DNA of 8,001 bases. Origin: a virus. Taxonomy: Duplodnaviria > Heunggongvirae > Uroviricota > Caudoviricetes. Position numbers and translations under genes: made by a program. The stretch is taken from the IMG/VR virus record IMGVR_UViG_2698536408_000011; one strand, given 5' to 3'. Shown one piece after another: positions 6,382 to 8,001 of this stretch (its first letter is position 1; the number at the start of each line of letters is the position of its first letter). The notes under the pieces were generated by a model. The model was given only the letters and a program-made list of their open reading frames with translations. It ran no database searches and was not told where the DNA came from.

Positions 6382-7334
6382 TAAAACATTCCTCCACCAT
6401 AAACACGTCTGACTTTAACTTTTTCTTTCTTTGGCTCGGTGTGAGTTTTCTTTTTTGGTGTAAAAGTAAAATCATCGTCACTATCATCAAAGTCATCGAG
6501 GTCACTAACCTTGTTCTTTAGCTTCGCATTTCTGAATCTTTCTTTAATTTCTGCTTTACGCTGTTCACGTTTCAATTCCTCTTCAGGGTCTTCTTCATCA
6601 TCAAGGTCAACATCCGGTAATTCATCATCAGTGGCGGGGCACTGTGTGTTTTTATGGTCACTACTAGCAATCACATCAGAGATTTTATCTTCCTTTTTAA
6701 CGACCTCTTTAGCAGCTTCACTATCAAGGTCATCTAAGTCAGATGTTTTAACAGTCTCTTTAATAGCCTCTTCAATACCAAGAGAATCACATTCATGTGA
6801 ATCACAGAGCGAAGCTCCCTTCTTAAAATATTCTTCTTCAAAGTCATCTTCTTTATTGTTATTAATAAGTTCTTTCTTGTTATTACTGTTATTATACGTG
6901 TCAAAGATTTTGACTGACTGAGTAAAAAATTTTGACTCAGTGGGTAAAGAATTTTGACTCAGTGGGTCATCTTTCTTGACTGACTGAGTAACTTTAGACT
7001 CCAGCTTTGCCTTTCTGGCTTCCTTAGCTGTAAGCTCTGTTAAAACCTCCGGTACTTCATCAAGTGAATAAACTTTAATAACACACTGATTGCTTGCAAC
7101 GTTAGTTTTCTTGATTAAACCATGTGCCTCAAGTTGTTTCATACATGCAATCACGGATGTTCTTGTGATTCCAGCATACTGACCAAGATGAGCATATGAA
7201 GGGGTATAATATTGCCCCTTATCGTGATAAAACTTTTGTTCATTCAACATGACAGTGTAAATAATACGGTCGGCAGCTTTAACGCCATTAGTCATCTGAT
7301 AAATACGGTCATCAAACATGTGGAATTTTTCCAT
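6381..7334 (-). CDS. Phage replication initiator / replisome organiser (lambda O-like; 317 aa from the internal ATG) with the origin embedded in its coding sequence
   Basis: The ATG at 7334..7332 follows AAAAAGGAAAATATA; the ORF track start is an upstream TTG at 7391. The N-terminal ~100 aa (MEKFHMFDDRIYQMTNGVKAADRIIYTVMLNEQ...GITRTSVIACMKQLEAHGLIKK) has the winged-helix pattern of phage replication initiator N-domains. Mid-gene iterons and an AT-rich tract follow, then a long acidic low-complexity C-terminal domain (DLDD/DVDLDDEED repeats). Confidence 0.7.
   Translation of the reverse strand: MEKFHMFDDRIYQMTNGVKAADRIIYTVMLNEQKFYHDKGQYYTPSYAHLGQYAGITRTSVIACMKQLEAHGLIKKTNVASNQCVIKVYSLDEVPEVLTELTAKEARKAKLESKVTQSVKKDDPLSQNSLPTESKFFTQSVKIFDTYNNSNNKKELINNNKEDDFEEEYFKKGASLCDSHECDSLGIEEAIKETVKTSDLDDLDSEAAKEVVKKEDKISDVIASSDHKNTQCPATDDELPDVDLDDEEDPEEELKREQRKAEIKERFRNAKLKNKVSDLDDFDDSDDDFTFTPKKKTHTEPKKEKVKVRRVYGGGMF
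6841..6992. other. Putative phage origin of replication (iterons plus adjacent AT-rich unwinding tract) inside the initiator gene
   Basis: The iterons at 6908-6992 are followed, in the direction of gene transcription, by a ~75% AT tract at 6841-6907 (ttctttattgttattaataagttctttcttgttattactgttattatacg). This matches the lambda ori arrangement within gene O. Confidence 0.6.
6908..6992. repeat. Four direct iterons with ~22-bp periodicity, each starting TTGACT
   Basis: TTGACTGACTGAGTAA is identical at 6911-6926 and 6976-6991. ATTTTGACTCAGTGGGT is identical at 6929-6945 and 6951-6967. TTGACT cores sit at 6911, 6933, 6955 and 6976. Confidence 0.75.
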
Positions 7335-7425
7335 TATATTTTCCTTTTTAAAAATAAAACAAAGAAAGGGCTGACCACGTATAGTGACCAACCCCAGAGG
7401 GAGTGAATTAATTAGAAGATGGACT

Positions 7426-7570
7426 GATAAAGGAACTCAGAAGCCTGAGCGATTACGCGAGTATTAACAGCAAAAGGAAAAGCCTTGATTGAATAAGAGG
7501 CCGTGAAAATCTGTCAATACCCTGACGCCTCCCAACGTTGTAACCTCTTAATGTTCTGAGTTCTTTTATC
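7426..7570. repeat. 17-bp inverted repeat pair (16/17 match: GATAAAGGAACTCAGAA / TTCTGAGTTCTTTTATC) flanking a 111-bp segment
   Basis: Read directly: 7426-7442 against the reverse complement of 7554-7570. The enclosed segment contains a consensus TTGACA hexamer (rc of 7512-7517) pointing toward the replication gene, with only weak -10 candidates. Confidence 0.6.
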
Positions 7571-7639
7571 ACCCCATATAAAAACCATAACAGATGTGAT
7601 TATAAATTGCAACAATTATTTCACAGAATAATTACTGAT

Positions 7640-7702
7640 TGGTCATTTATTGTTCACAGGGATACTTCTTAATATCTGAATCACCTATCTTGTAAATGAC
7701 CA
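7640..7702. repeat. 10-bp inverted repeat (TGGTCATTTA / TAAATGACCA) with 43-bp spacer, between the HTH ORF and the IR-flanked segment
   Basis: Read directly: 7640-7649 against the reverse complement of 7693-7702. Confidence 0.55.
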
Positions 7703-7716
7703 TATTTATGAGAATT

Positions 7717-7863
7717 TTAGCTCAACCTTTGAGCAATCCTGTATGACGTGCTCAGAGGCATTCTGAGAGCATCTGCAATGCACTTAATGGGTTTTCCTTG
7801 CCTGTATAGTTTTATGAAGCTGTCGAGCGTCTCAGGTGGGTAAATGGTGGGTCTTCCTCTCAA
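7717..7863 (-). CDS. Short helix-turn-helix ORF resembling the C-terminal DNA-binding domain of serine recombinases (invertase/resolvase type); possibly a gene fragment
   Basis: The frame is open from 7896 to the TAA stop at 7719..7717. It has no in-frame ATG near its 5' end; the only candidate start is a TTG at 7863..7861, 1 nt after AGAGGAGG. The translation (..NRGGLRGRPTIYPPETLDSFIKLYRQGKPIKCIADALRMPLSTSYRIAQRLS) shows a Gly-Arg-Pro arm followed by three helices ending in STxYR, as in Hin/Gin-type C-terminal domains. Neither upstream frame reaching the window edge looks like a recombinase catalytic domain. Confidence 0.35.
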   Translation of the reverse strand: MRGRPTIYPPETLDSFIKLYRQGKPIKCIADALRMPLSTSYRIAQRLS

Positions 7864-8001
7864 GCCTCCTCTGTTAATGATGGTTAACGGTAATGCTTAC
7901 GTGGTTCTTTTTTAAAAACAACGACTGCACTAGGAAACGGTGAACGAATAGTAAGCCCGTTATGGCCTGCTGGTGGAAGGTATTTAACTGCACGATGAAG
8001 A

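Noticed and set aside
6400-6480. SSB C-terminal-tip mimicry by the DDFDDSDDDF motif in the initiator
   Set aside because: The SSB tip works as a free C-terminus (DDDIPF), whereas this motif is internal and followed by 25 more residues; the resemblance is probably low-complexity coincidence.
6511-6921. 136-aa plus-strand ORF, Ser-rich (SSSGSSSSSRSTSGNSSS)
   Set aside because: It is the mirror image of the Asp/Glu-rich repeat codons of the initiator C-terminal domain on the opposite strand; an antisense artefact with no start context.
7212-7406. 64-aa plus-strand ORF
   Set aside because: Antisense to the conserved N-terminal domain of the replication initiator; no ribosome-binding site.
7887-8001. 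Minus-strand frames open to the right window edge, and a plus-strand ATG at 7962
   Set aside because: The translations (LHRAVKYLPPAGHNGLTIRSPF... and FIVQLNTFHQQAITGLLFVHRF...) resemble no protein family I recognise, and the plus-strand ATG has no ribosome-binding site. There is too little sequence to call a gene; it needs the flanking region.

Overview
This 8 kb window (about 40% GC) looks phage-derived, with almost all coding on the minus strand (read right to left). In that order it holds: a short helix-turn-helix ORF (7717-7863); a 17-bp inverted-repeat pair flanking a 111-bp segment (7426-7570); a lambda-O-like replication initiator gene carrying four ~22-bp iterons and an AT-rich tract (putative origin); a coupled 98-aa gene; a divergent promoter region with a plus-strand small membrane-protein ORF; a tightly coupled trio of small genes (96/73/75 aa); a 101-aa gene coupled to a 25-aa hydrophobic micro-ORF; a ~400-bp hairpin-rich intergenic region; a 236-aa plus 68-aa gene pair; a 726-aa tail tape measure protein; and a downstream tail gene whose reading frame is interrupted. 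I found no rRNA, tRNA or CRISPR array. A replication module and ORFan small-gene cluster lying directly upstream of a tape measure gene, with no packaging, head or tail-tube genes between, is atypical and suggests a mosaic or decaying prophage or satellite-like element. The best candidates for undescribed function are the coupled small ORFan genes, the orphan membrane peptide and the inverted-repeat-flanked segment. All calls come from reading translations and motifs by eye; no database search or folding computation was run, and most of the small proteins have no family I can recognise.
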